Part shown: positions 28,001 through 41,900 of the stretch, in pieces
Layout of the letters: the number at the start of each line of letters is the position of its first letter
How positions within the stretch are numbered: position 1 is the stretch's first letter
Assembly: GCA_032718475.1 (NCBI GenBank)
Contig: JAUCBJ010008467.1
Location: forward strand, 81,092 to 145,091
Length of the DNA stretch: 64,000 nucleotides
Direction: 5' to 3'
From: Nemertoderma westbladi
Lineage: Eukaryota; Animalia; Xenacoelomorpha
The notes under the pieces: generated by a model
Seen by the model: only the letters and a program-made list of their open reading frames with translations
Databases searched by the model: none
What the model was told of the DNA's origin: nothing
Made by a program: the position numbers and the translations under genes

Positions 28001-29888
28001 TTCAATGCTATGCTCGGGCTCGCCCTACAATAATAACATTTGTACTTCAATGCTATGCTCGCCCTACAATAATATCATTTGTTCTTCAATGCTATGCTCG
28101 GGCTCGCCCTACAATAATAACATTTGTACTTCAATGCTATGCTCGCCCTACAATAATAACATTTGTACTTCAATGCTATGCTCGCCCTACAATAATAACA
28201 TTTGTACTTCAATGCTATGCTCGGGCTCGCCCTACAATAATAACATTTGTACTTCAATTCTATGCTCGACCTACATTAATAACATTTGTACTTCAATGCT
28301 ATGCTCGCCCTACAATAATAACATTTGTACTTCAATGCTATGCTCGCCCTACAATAATAACATTTGTACTTCAGTGCTATGCTCGCCCTACAATAATAAC
28401 ATTTGTACTTCAATGCTATGCTCGCCCTACTATAATAACATTTGTACTTCAATGCTATGCTCGGGCTCGCCCTACAATAATAACATTTGTACTTCAATGC
28501 TATGCTCGGGATCGCCCTACAATAATAACATTTGTACTTCAATGCTATGCTCGCCCTACATTAATAACATTTGTACTTCAATGCTATGCTCTTCCTACAA
28601 TAATAACATTTGTACTTCAATGCTATGCTCGCCCTACAATAATAACATTTGTACTTCAATGCTATGCTCGGGCTACAATAATAACATTTGTACTTCAATG
28701 CTATGCTCGGGCTACAATAATAACATTTGTACTTCAATGCTATGCTCGGGCTCGCCCTACAATAATAACATTTGTACTTCAATGCTATGCTCGGGCTACA
28801 ATAATAACATTTGTACTTCAATGCTATGCTCGCCCTACAATAATAACATTTGTACTTCAATGCTATGCTCGGGCTACAATAATAACATTTGTACTTCAAT
28901 GCTATGCTCGGGCTACAATAATAACATTTGTTCTTCAATGCTATGCTCGCCCTACAATAATAACATTTGCACTTCAATGCTATGCTCGAGCTACAATAAT
29001 AACATTTGTACTTCAATGCTATGCTCGGGCTACAATAATAACATTTGTACTTCAATGCTATGCTCGGTCTACTATAATAACATTTGTACTTCAATGCTAT
29101 GCTCGGGCTACAATAATAACATTTGTACTTCAATGCTATGCTCGGGCTCGCCCTACAATAATAACATTTGTACTTCAATGCTATGCTCGGGCTACAATAA
29201 TAACATTTGTACTTCAATGCTATGCTCGGGCTACAATAATAACATTTGTACTTCAATGCTATGCTCGGGCTCGCCCTACAATAATAACATTTGTACTTCA
29301 ATGCTATGCTCGGGCTACAATAATAACATTTGTACTTCAATGCTATGCTCGGGCTCGCCCTACAATAATAACATTTGTACTTCAATGCTATGCTCGGGCT
29401 ACAATAATAACATTTGTACTTCAATGCTATGCTCGGGCTACAATAATAACATTTGTACTTCAATGCTATGCTCGCCCTACAATAATAACATTTGTACTTC
29501 AATGCTATGCTCGGGCTACAATAATAACATTTGTACTTCAATGCTATGCTCGTGCTACAATAATAACATTTGTACTTCAATGCTATGCTCGGGCTCGCCC
29601 TACAATAATAACATTTGTACTTCAATGCTATGCTCGGGCTACAATAATAACATTTGTACTTCAATGCTATGCTCGGCCTACAATAATAACATTTGTACTT
29701 CAATGCTATGCTCGGGCTCGCCCTACAATAATAACATTTGTACTTCAATGCTATGCTCGGGCTACAATAATAACATTTGTACTTCAATGCTATGCTCGGG
29801 CTCGCCCTACAATAATAACATTTGTACTTCAATGCTATGCTCGGGCTACAATAATAACATTTGTACTTCAATGCTATGCTCGGGCTAA
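22057..29888. repeat. Older dispersed duplication: about 22057-23955 repeated at about 27951-29888 (offset 5894/5933)
   Basis: ORF-track pairs 22142/28075, 22343/28276 and 22628/28561 are offset by 5933. Shared rare variants: AATATCATTTGTTCTT, TCAATTCTA, GACCTACATT, TCAGTG, TACTAT, GAGCTAC. Several copy-specific SNPs and one extra 39-mer. Confidence 0.85.
23765..27055. repeat. Three tandem copies of a 1056-bp higher-order unit (middle copy 1179 bp, +123 bp = GP+G+P)
   Basis: Marker GTACCTCA at 23811, 24867 and 26046. TGA stop variant ends ORFs at 24300, 25356 and 26535. TAA variant ends ORFs at 23955, 25011 and 26190. CTACGCTCGACC/GAACTAC cluster appears in each copy. Boundaries approximate. 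Confidence 0.92.
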
Positions 29889-29949
29889 AATAATAACATT
29901 TGTACTTCAATGCTATGCTCGCCCTACAATAATAACATTTGTACTTCAA

Positions 29950-32900
29950 TGCTATGCTCGCCCTACAATAGTAACATTTGTACTTCAATGCTATGCTCGG
30001 GCTCGCCCTACAATAATAACATTTGTACTTCAATGCTATGCTTGCCCTACATTAATAACATTTGTACTTCAATGCTATGCTCGGGCTACAATAATAATAT
30101 TTGTACTTCAATGCTATGCTCGGGCTACAATAATAACATTTGTACTTCAATGCTATGCTCGGGCTCGCCCTACAATAATAACATTTGTACTTCAATGCTA
30201 TGCTCGGGCTACAATAATAACATTTGTACTTCAATGCTATGCTCGGGCTACAATAATAACATTTGTACTTCAATGCTATGCTCGGGCTACAATAATAACA
30301 TTTGTACTTCAATGCTATGCTCGGGCTACAATAATAACATTTGTACTTCAATGCTATGCTCGCCCTACAATAATAACATTTGTACTTCAATGCTATGCTC
30401 GGGCTACAATAATAACATTTGTACTTCAATGCTATGCTCGGGCTCGCCCTACAATAATAACATTTGTACTTCAATGCTATGCTCGGGCTACAATAATAAC
30501 ATTTGTACTTCAATGCTATGCTCGGGCTCGCCCTACAATAATAACATTTGTACTTCAATGCTATGCTCGGGCTACAATAATAACATTTGTACTTCAATGC
30601 TATGCTCGGGCTACAATAATAACATTTGTACTTCAATGCTATGCTCGGGCTCGCCCTACAATAATAACATTTGTACTTCAATGCTATGCTCGGGCTACAA
30701 TAATAACATTTGTACTTCAATGCTATGCTCGCCCTACAATAATAACATTTGTACTTCAATGCTATGCTCGGGCTACAATAATAACATTTGTACTTCAATG
30801 CTATGCTCGGGCTCGCTCTACAATAATAACATTTGTACTTCAATGCTATGCTCGGGCTACAATAATAACATTTGTACTTCAATGCTATGCTCGGGCTACA
30901 ATAATAACATTTGTACTTCAATGCTATGCTCGCTCTACAATAATAACATTTGTACTTCAATGCTATGCTCGGGCTCGCCCTACAATAATAACATTTGTAC
31001 TTCAATGCTATGCTCGCCCTACAATAATAACATTTGTACTTCAATGCTATGCTCGGCTCGCCCTACAATAATAACATTTGTACTTCAATGCTATGCTCGG
31101 GCTCGCCCTACAATAATAACATTTGTACTTCAATGCTATGCTCGCCCTACAATAATAACATTTGTACTTCAATGCTATGCTCGGGCTCGCCCTACAATAA
31201 TAACATTTGTACTTCAATGCTATGCTCGCCCTACAATAATAACATTTGTACTTCAATGCTATGCTCGCCCTACAATAATAACATTTGTACTTCAATGCTA
31301 TGCTCGGGCTTGCCCTACAATAATAACATTTGTACTTCAATGCTATGCTCGCCCTACAATAATAACATTTGTACTTCAATGCTATGCTCGGCTCGCCCTA
31401 CAATAATAACATTTGTACTTCAATGCTATGCTCGGGCTCGCCCTACAATAATAACATTTGTACTTCAATGCTATGCTCGCCCTACAATAATAACATTTGT
31501 ACTTCAGTGCTATGCTCGCCCTACAATAATAACATTTGTACTTCAATGCTATGCTCGCCCTACAATAATAACATTTGTACTTCAATGCTATGCTCGGGCT
31601 CGCCCTACAATAATAACATTTGTACTTCAATGCTATGCTCGGGCTCGCCCTACAATAATAACATTTGTACTTCAATGCTATGCTCGCCCTACAATAATAA
31701 CATTTGTACTTCAATGCTATGCTCGGGCTCGCCCTACAATAATAACATTTGTACTTCAATGCTATGCTCGCCCTACAATAATAACATTTGTACTTCAATG
31801 CTATGCTCGCCCTACAATAATAACATTTGTACTTCAATGCTATGCTCGGGCTACAATAATAACATTTGTACTTCAATGCTATGCTCGGGCTACAATAATA
31901 ACATTTGTACTTCAATGCTATGCTCGGGCTCGCCCTACAATAATAACATTTGTACTTCAATGCTATGCTCGGGCTACAATAATAACATTTGTACTTCAAT
32001 GCTATGCTCGCCCTACAATAATAACATTTGTACTTCAATGCTATGCTCGGGCTCGCCCTACAATAATAACATTTGTACTTCAATGCTATGCTCGGGCTAC
32101 AATAATAACATTTGTACTTCAATGCTATGCTCGCCCTACAATTATAACATTTCTACGTCAATGCTATGCTCGGGCTCGCCCTACAATAATAACATTTGTA
32201 CTTCAATGCTATGCTCGGGCTACAATAATAACATATGTACTTCAATGCTATGCTCGCCCTACAATAGTAACATTTGTACTTCAATGCTATGCTCGGGCTC
32301 GCCCTACAATAATAACATTTGTACTTCAATGCTATGCTCGCCCTACAATAATAACATTTGTACTTCAATGCTATGCTCGCCCTAGAATAATAACATTTGT
32401 ACTTCAATGCTATGCTCAGGCTCGCCCTACAATAATAACATTTGTACTTCAATGCTATGCTCGCCCTACAATAATAACATTTGTACTTCAATGCTATGCT
32501 CGCCCTACAATAATAACATTTGTACTTCAATGCTATGCTCGGGCTCGCCCTACAATAATAACATTTGTACTTCAATGCTATGCTCGCCCTACAATAATAA
32601 CATTTGTACTTCAATGCTATGCTCGCCCTAGAATAATAACATTTGTACTTCAATGCTATGCTCGCCCTACAATAATAACATTTGTACTTCAATGCTATGC
32701 TCGGGCTCGCCCTACAATAATAACATTTGTATTTCAATGCTACGCTCGACCTACATTAATAACATTTGTACTTCAATGCTATGCTCGCCCTACAATAATA
32801 ACATTTGTACTTCAATGCTATGCTCGCCCTACAATAATAACATTTGTACTTCAGTGCTATGCTCGCCCTACAATAATAACATTTGTACTTCAATGCTATG

Positions 32901-35900
32901 CTCGCCCTACAATAATAACATTTGTACTTCAATGCTATGCTCGGGCTCGCCCTACAATAATAACATTTGTACTTCAATGCTATGCTCGGGCTCGCCCTAC
33001 AATAATAACATTTGTACTTCAATGCTATGCTCGCCCTACAATAATAACATTTGTACTTCAATGCTATGCTCGGGCTACAATAATAACATTTGTACTTCAA
33101 TGCTATGCTCGGGCTACAATAATAACATTTGTACTTCAATGCTATGCTCGGGCTCGCCCTACAATAATAACATTTGTACTTCAATGCTATGCTCGCCCTA
33201 CAATAATAACATTTGTACTTCAATGCTATGCTCGGGCTACAATAATAACATTTGTACTTCAATGCTATGCTCGGGCTACAATAATAACATTTTTACTTCA
33301 ATGCTATGCTCGGGCTCGCCCTACAATAATAACATTTGTACTTCAATGCTATGCTCGGGCTCGCCCTACAATAATAACATTTGTACTTCAATGCTATGCT
33401 CGGGCTACAATAATAACATTTGTACTTCAATGCTTTGCTCGCCCTACAATAATAACATTTGTACTTCAATGCTATGCTCGGGCTCGCCCTACAATAATAA
33501 CATTTGTACTTCAATGCTATGCTCGGGCTACAATAATAACATTTGTACTTCAATGCTATGTTCGCCCTACAATAATAACATTTGTACGTCAATGCTATGC
33601 TCGGGCTCGCCCTACAATAATAACATTTGTACTTCAATGCTATGCTCGGGCTACAATAATAACATTTGTACTTCAATGCTATGCTCGCCCTACAATAGTA
33701 ACATTTGTACTTCAATGCTATGCTCGGGCTCGCCCTACAATAATAACATTTGTACTTCAATGCTATGCTTGCCCTACATTAATAACATTTGTACTTCAAT
33801 GCTATGCTCGGGCTACAATAATAATATTTGTACTTCAATGCTATGCTCGGGCTACAATAATAACATTTGTACTTCAATGCTATGCTCGGGCTCGCCCTAC
33901 AATAATAACATTTGTACTTCAATGCTATGCTCGGGCTACAATAATAACATTTGTACTTCAATGCTATGCTCGGGCTACAATAATAACATTTGTACTTCAA
34001 TGCTATGCTCGGGCTACAATAATAACATTTGTACTTCAATGCTATGCTCGGGCTACAATAATAACATTTGTACTTCAATGCTATGCTCGCCCTACAATAA
34101 TAACATTTGTACTTCAATGCTATGCTCGGGCTACAATAATAACATTTGTACTTCAATGCTATGCTCGGGCTCGCCCTACAATAATAACATTTGTACTTCA
34201 ATGCTATGCTCGGGCTACAATAATAACATTTGTACTTCAATGCTATGCTCGGGCTCGCCCTACAATAATAACATTTGTACTTCAATGCTATGCTCGGGCT
34301 ACAATAATAACATTTGTACTTCAATGCTATGCTCGGGCTACAATAATAACATTTGTACTTCAATGCTATGCTCGGGCTCGCCCTTCAATAATAACATTTG
34401 TACTTCAATGCTATGCTCGGGCTCGCCCTTCAATAATAACATTTGTACTTCAATGCTATGCTCGGGCTACAATAATAACATTTGTACTTCAATGCTATGC
34501 TCGCCCTACAATAATAACATTTGTACTTCAATGCTATGCTCGGGCTACAATAATAACATTTGTACTTCAATGCTATGCTCGGGCTCGCTCTACAATAATA
34601 ACATTTGTACTTCAATGCTATGCTCGGGCTACAATAATAACATTTGTACTTCAATTCTATGCTCGGGCTACAATAATAACATTTGTACTTCAATGCTATG
34701 CTCGCTCTACAATAATAACATTTGTACTTCAATGCTATGCTCGGGCTCGCCCTACAATAATAACATTTGTACTTCAATGCTATGCTCGCCCTACAATAAT
34801 AACATTTGTATTTCAATGCTATGCTCGGCTCGCCCTACAATAATAACATTTGTACTTCAATGCTATGCTCGGGCTCGCCCTACAATAATAACATTTGTAC
34901 TTCAATGCTATGCTCGCCCTACAATAATAACATTTGTACTTCAATGCTATGCTCGGGCTCGCCCTACAATAATAACATTTGTACTTCAATGCTATGCTCG
35001 CCCTACAATAATAACATTTGTACTTCAATGCTATGCTCGCCCTACAATAATAACATTTGTACTTCAATGCTATGCTCGGGCTTGCCCTACAATAATAACA
35101 TTTGTATTTCAATGCTATGCTCGCCCTACAATAATAACATTTGTACTTCAATGCTATGCTCGGCTCGCCCTACAATAATAACATTTGTACTTCAATGCTA
35201 TGCTCGGGCTCGCCCTACAATAATAACATTTGTACTTCAATGCTATGCTCGTCCTACAATAATAAAATTTGTACTTCAGTGCTATGCTCGCCCTACAATA
35301 ATAACATTTGTACTTCAATGCTATGCTCGCCCTACAATAATAACATTTGTACTTCAATGCTATGCTCGGGCTCGCCCTACAATAATAACATTTGTAGTTC
35401 AATGCTATGCTCGGGCTCGCCCTACAATAATAACATTTGTACTTCAATGCTATGCTCGCCCTACAATAATAACATTTGTACTTCAATGCTATGCTCGGGC
35501 TCGCCCTACAATAATAACATTTGTACTTCAATGCTATGCTCGCCCTACAATAATAACATTTGTACTTCAATGCTATGCTCGCCCTACAATAATAACATTT
35601 GTACTTCAATGCTATGCTCGGGCTACAATAATAACATTTGTACTTCAATGCTATGCTCGGGCTACAATAATAACATTTGTACTTCAATGCTATGCTCGGG
35701 CTCGCCCTACAATAATAACATTTGTACTTCAATGCTATGCTCGGGCTACAATAATAACATTTGTACTTCAATGCTATGCTCGCCCTACAATAATAACATT
35801 TGTACTTCAATGCTATGCTCGGGCTCGCCCTACAATAATAACATTTGTACTTCAATGCTATGCTCGGGCTACAATAATAACATTTGTACTTCAATGCTAT

Positions 35901-38900
35901 GCTCGCCCTACAATTATAACATTTCTACGTCAATGCTATGCTCGGGCTCGCCCTACAATAATAACATTTGTACTTCAATGCTATGCTCGGGCTACAATAA
36001 TAACATATGTACTTCAATGCTATGCTCGCCCTACAATAGTAACATTTGTACTTCAATGCTATGCTCGGGCTCGCCCTACAATAATAACATTTGTACTTCA
36101 ATGCTATGCTCGCCCTACATTAATAACATTTGTACTTCAATGCTATGCTTGGGCTACAATAATAACATTTGTACTTCAATGCTATGCTCGCCCAACAATA
36201 ATAACATTTGTACTTCAATGCTATGCTCGGGCTCGCCCTACAATAATAACATTTGTACTTCAATGCTATGCTCGCCCTACATTAATAACATTTGTACTTC
36301 AATGCTATGCTCGCCCTACAATAATAACATTTGTACTTCAATGCTATGCTCGGGCTACAATAATAACATTTGTACTTCAATGCTATGCTCGGGCTCGCCC
36401 TACAATAATAACATTTGTACTTCAATGCTATGCTCGGGCTACAATAATAACATTTGTACTTCAATGCTATGCTCGCCCTACAATAATAACATTTGTACTT
36501 CAATGCTATGCTCGGGCTCGCCCTACAATAATAACATTTGTACTTCAATGCTATGCTCGGGCTACAATAATAACATTTGTACTTCAATGCTATGCTCGCC
36601 CTACAATTATAACATTTCTACGTCAATGCTATGCTCGGGCTCGCCCTACAATAATAACATTTGTACTTCAATGCTATGCTCGGGCTACAATAATAACATA
36701 TGTACTTCAATGCTATGCTCGCCCTACAATAGTAACATTTGTACTTCAATGCTATGCTCGGGCTCGCCCTACAATAATAACATTTGTACTTCAATGCTAT
36801 GCTCGCCCTACAATAATAACATTTGTACTTCAATGCTATGCTCGCCCTAGAATAATAACATTTGTACTTCAATGCTATGCTCAGGCTCGCCCTACAATAA
36901 TAACATTTGTACTTCAATGCTATGCTCGCCCTACAATAATAACATTTGTACTTAAATGCTATGCTCGCCCTACAATAATAACATTTGTACTTCAATGCTA
37001 TGCTCGGGCTCGCCCTACAATAATAACATTTGTACTTCAATGCTATGCTCGCCCTACAATAATAACATTTGTACTTCAATGCTATGCTCGCCCTAGAATA
37101 ATAACATTTGTACTTCAATGCTATGCTCGCCCTACAATAATAACATTTGTACTTCAATGCTATGCTCGGGCTCGCCCTACAATAATAACATTTGTATTTC
37201 AATGCTACGCTCGACCTACATTAATAACATTTGTACTTCAATGCTATGCTCGCCCTACAATAATAACATTTGTACTTCAATGCTATGCTCGCCCTACAAT
37301 AATAACATTTGTACTTCAGTGCTATGCTCGCCCTACAATAATAACATTTGTACTTCAATGCTATGCTCGCCCTACAATAATAACATTTGTACTTCAATGC
37401 TATGCTCGGGCTCGCCCTACAATAATAACATTTGTACTTCAATGCTATGCTCGGGCTCGCCCTACAATAATAACATTTGTACTTCAATGCTATGCTCGCC
37501 CTACAATAATAACATTTGTACTTCAATGCTATGCTCGGGCTACAATAATAACATTTGTACTTCAATGCTATGCTCGGGCTACAATAATAACATTTGTACT
37601 TCAATGCTATGCTCGGGCTCGCCCTACAATAATAACATTTGTACTTCAATGCTATGCTCGCCCTACAATAATAACATTTGTACTTCAATGCTATGCTCGG
37701 GCTACAATAATAACATTTGTACTTCAATGCTATGCTCGGGCTACAATAATAACATTTTTACTTCAATCCTATGCTCGGGCTCGCCCTACAATAATAACAT
37801 TTGTACTTCAATGCTATGCTCGGGCTCGCCCTACAATAATAACATTTGTACTTCAATGCTATGCTCGGGCTACAATAATAACATTTGTACTTCAATGCTT
37901 TGCTCGCCCTACAATAATAACATTTGTACTTCAATGCTATGCTCGGGCTCGCCCTACAATAATAACATTTGTACTTCAATGCTATGCTCGGGCTACAATA
38001 ATAACATTTGTACTTCAATGCTATGCTCGCCCTACAATAGTAACATTTGCACTTCAATGCTATGCTCGGGCTCGCCCTACAATAATAACATTTGTACTTC
38101 AATGCTATGCTCGCCCTACATTAATAACATTTGTACTTCAATGCTATGCTTGGGCTACAATAATAACATTTGTACTTCAATGCTATGCTCGCCCAACAAT
38201 AATAACATTTGTACTTCAATGCTATGCTCGGGCTCGCCCTACAATAATAACATTTGTACTTCAATGCTATGCTCGCCCTACATTAATAACATTTGTACTT
38301 CAATGCTATGCTCGCCCTACAATAATAACATTTGTACTTCAATGCTATGCTCGGGCTACAATAATAACATTTGTACTTCAATGCTATGCTCGGGCTCGCC
38401 CTACAATAATAACATTTGTACTTCAATGCTATGCTCGGGCTACAATAATAACATTTGTACTTCAATGCTATGCTCGCCCTACAATAATAACATTTGTACT
38501 TCAATGCTATGCTCGGGCTCGCCCTACAATAATAACATTTGTACTTCAATGCTATGCTCGGGCTACAATAATAACATTTGTACTTCAATGCTATGCTCGC
38601 CCTACAATTATAACATTTCTACGTCAATGCTATGCTCGGGCTCGCCCTACAATAATAACATTTGTACTTCAATGCTATGCTCGGGCTACAATAATAACAT
38701 ATGTACTTCAATGCTATGCTCGCCCTACAATAGTAACATTTGTACTTCAATGCTATGCTCGGGCTCGCCCTACAATAATAACATTTGTACTTCAATGCTA
38801 TGCTCGCCCTACAATAATAACATTTGTACTTCAATGCTATGCTCGCCCTAGAATAATAACATTTGTACTTCAATGCTATGCTCAGGCTCGCCCTACAATA

Positions 38901-41900
38901 ATAACATTTGTACTTCAATGCTATGCTCGCCCTACAATAATAACATTTGTACTTCAATGCTATGCTCGCCCTACAATAATAACATTTGTACTTCAATGCT
39001 ATGCTCGGGCTCGCCCTACAATAATAACATTTGTACTTCAATGCTATGCTCGCCCTACAATAATAACATTTGTACTTCAATGCTATGCTCGCCCTAGAAT
39101 AATAACATTTGTACTTCAATGCTATGCTCGCCCTACAATAATAACATTTGTACTTCAATGCTACGCTCGGGCTCGCCCTACAATAATAACATTTGTATTT
39201 CAATGCTACGCTCGACCTACATTAATAACATTTGTACTTCAATGCTATGCTCGCCCTACAATAATAACATTTGTACTTCAATGCTATGCTCGCCCTACAA
39301 TAATAACATTTGTACTTCAGTGCTATGCTCGCCCTACAATAATAACATTTGTACTTCAATGCTATGCTCGCCCTACAATAATAACATTTGTACTTCAATG
39401 CTATGCTCGGGCTCGCCCTACAATAATAACATTTGTACTTCAATGCTATGCTCGGGCTCGCCCTACAATAATAACATTTGTACTTCAATGCTATGCTCGC
39501 CCTACAATAATAACATTTGTACTTCAATGCTATGCTCGGGCTACAATAATAACATTTGTACTTCAATGCTATGCTCGGGCTACAATAATAACATTTGTAC
39601 TTCAATGCTATGCTCGGGCTCGCCCTACAATAATAACATTTGTACTTCAATGCTATGCTCGCCCTACAATAATAACATTTGTACTTCAATGCTATGCTCG
39701 GGCTACAATAATAACATTTGTACTTCAATGCTATGCTCGGGCTACAATAATAACATTTTTACTTCAATCCTATGCTCGGGCTCGCCCTACAATAATAACA
39801 TTTGTACTTCAATGCTATGCTCGGGCTCGCCCTACAATAATAACATTTGTACTTCAATGCTATGCTCGGGCTACAATAATAACATTTGTACTTCAATGCT
39901 TTGCTCGCCCTACAATAATAACATTTGTACTTCAATGCTATGCTCGGGCTCGCCCTACAATAATAACATTTGTACTTCAATGCTATGCTCGGGCTACAAT
40001 AATAACATTTGTACTTCAATGCTATGTTCGCCCTACAATAATAACATTTGTACGTCAATGCTATGCTCGGGCTCGCCCTACAATAATAACATTTGTACTT
40101 CAATGCTATGCTCGGGCTACAATAATAACATTTGTACTTCAATGCTATGCTCGCCCTACAATAGTAACATTTGTACTTCAATGCTATGCTCGGGCTCGCC
40201 CTACAATAATAACATTTGTACTTCAATGCTATGCTTGCCCTACATTAATAACATTTGTACTTCAATGCTATGCTCGGGCTACAATAATAATATTTGTACT
40301 TCAATGCTATGCTCGGGCTACAATAATAACATTTGTACTTCAATGCTATGCTCGGGCTCGCCCTACAATAATAACATTTGTACTTCAATGCTATGCTCGG
40401 GCTACAATAATAACATTTGTACTTCAATGCTATGCTCGGGCTACAATAATAACATTTGTACTTCAATGCTATGCTCGGGCTACAATAATAACATTTGTAC
40501 TTCAATGCTATGCTCGGGCTACAATAATAACATTTGTACTTCAATGCTATGCTCGCCCTACAATAATAACATTTGTACTTCAATGCTATGCTCGGGCTAC
40601 AATAATAACATTTGTACTTCAATGCTATGCTCGGGCTCGCCCTACAATAATAACATTTGTACTTCAATGCTATGCTCGGGCTACAATAATAACATTTGTA
40701 CTTCAATGCTATGCTCGGGCTCGCCCTACAATAATAACATTTGTACTTCAATGCTATGCTCGGGCTACAATAATAACATTTGTACTTCAATGCTATGCTC
40801 GGGCTACAATAATAACATTTGTACTTCAATGCTATGCTCGGGCTCGCCCTTCAATAATAACATTTGTACTTCAATGCTATGCTCGGGCTCGCCCTTCAAT
40901 AATAACATTTGTACTTCAATGCTATGCTCGGGCTACAATAATAACATTTGTACTTCAATGCTATGCTCGCCCTACAATAATAACATTTGTACTTCAATGC
41001 TATGCTCGGGCTACAATAATAACATTTGTACTTCAATGCTATGCTCGGGCTCGCTCTACAATAATAACATTTGTACTTCAATGCTATGCTCGGGCTACAA
41101 TAATAACATTTGTACTTCAATTCTATGCTCGGGCTACAATAATAACATTTGTACTTCAATGCTATGCTCGCTCTACAATAATAACATTTGTACTTCAATG
41201 CTATGCTCGGGCTCGCCCTACAATAATAACATTTGTACTTCAATGCTATGCTCGCCCTACAATAATAACATTTGTATTTCAATGCTATGCTCGGCTCGCC
41301 CTACAATAATAACATTTGTACTTCAATGCTATGCTCGGGCTCGCCCTACAATAATAACATTTGTACTTCAATGCTATGCTCGCCCTACAATAATAACATT
41401 TGTACTTCAATGCTATGCTCGGGCTCGCCCTACAATAATAACATTTGTACTTCAATGCTATGCTCGCCCTACAATAATAACATTTGTACTTCAATGCTAT
41501 GCTCGCCCTACAATAATAACATTTGTACTTCAATGCTATGCTCGGGCTTGCCCTACAATAATAACATTTGTATTTCAATGCTATGCTCGCCCTACAATAA
41601 TAACATTTGTACTTCAATGCTATGCTCGGCTCGCCCTACAATAATAACATTTGTACTTCAATGCTATGCTCGGGCTCGCCCTACAATAATAACATTTGTA
41701 CTTCAATGCTATGCTCGCCCTACAATAATAACATTTGTACTTCAATGCTATGCTCGGGCTCGCCCTACAATAATAACATTTGTAGTTCAATGCTATGCTC
41801 GGGCTCGCCCTACAATAATAACATTTGTACTTCAATGCTATGCTCGCCCTACAATAATAACATTTGTACTTCAATGCTATGCTCGGGCTCGCCCTACAAT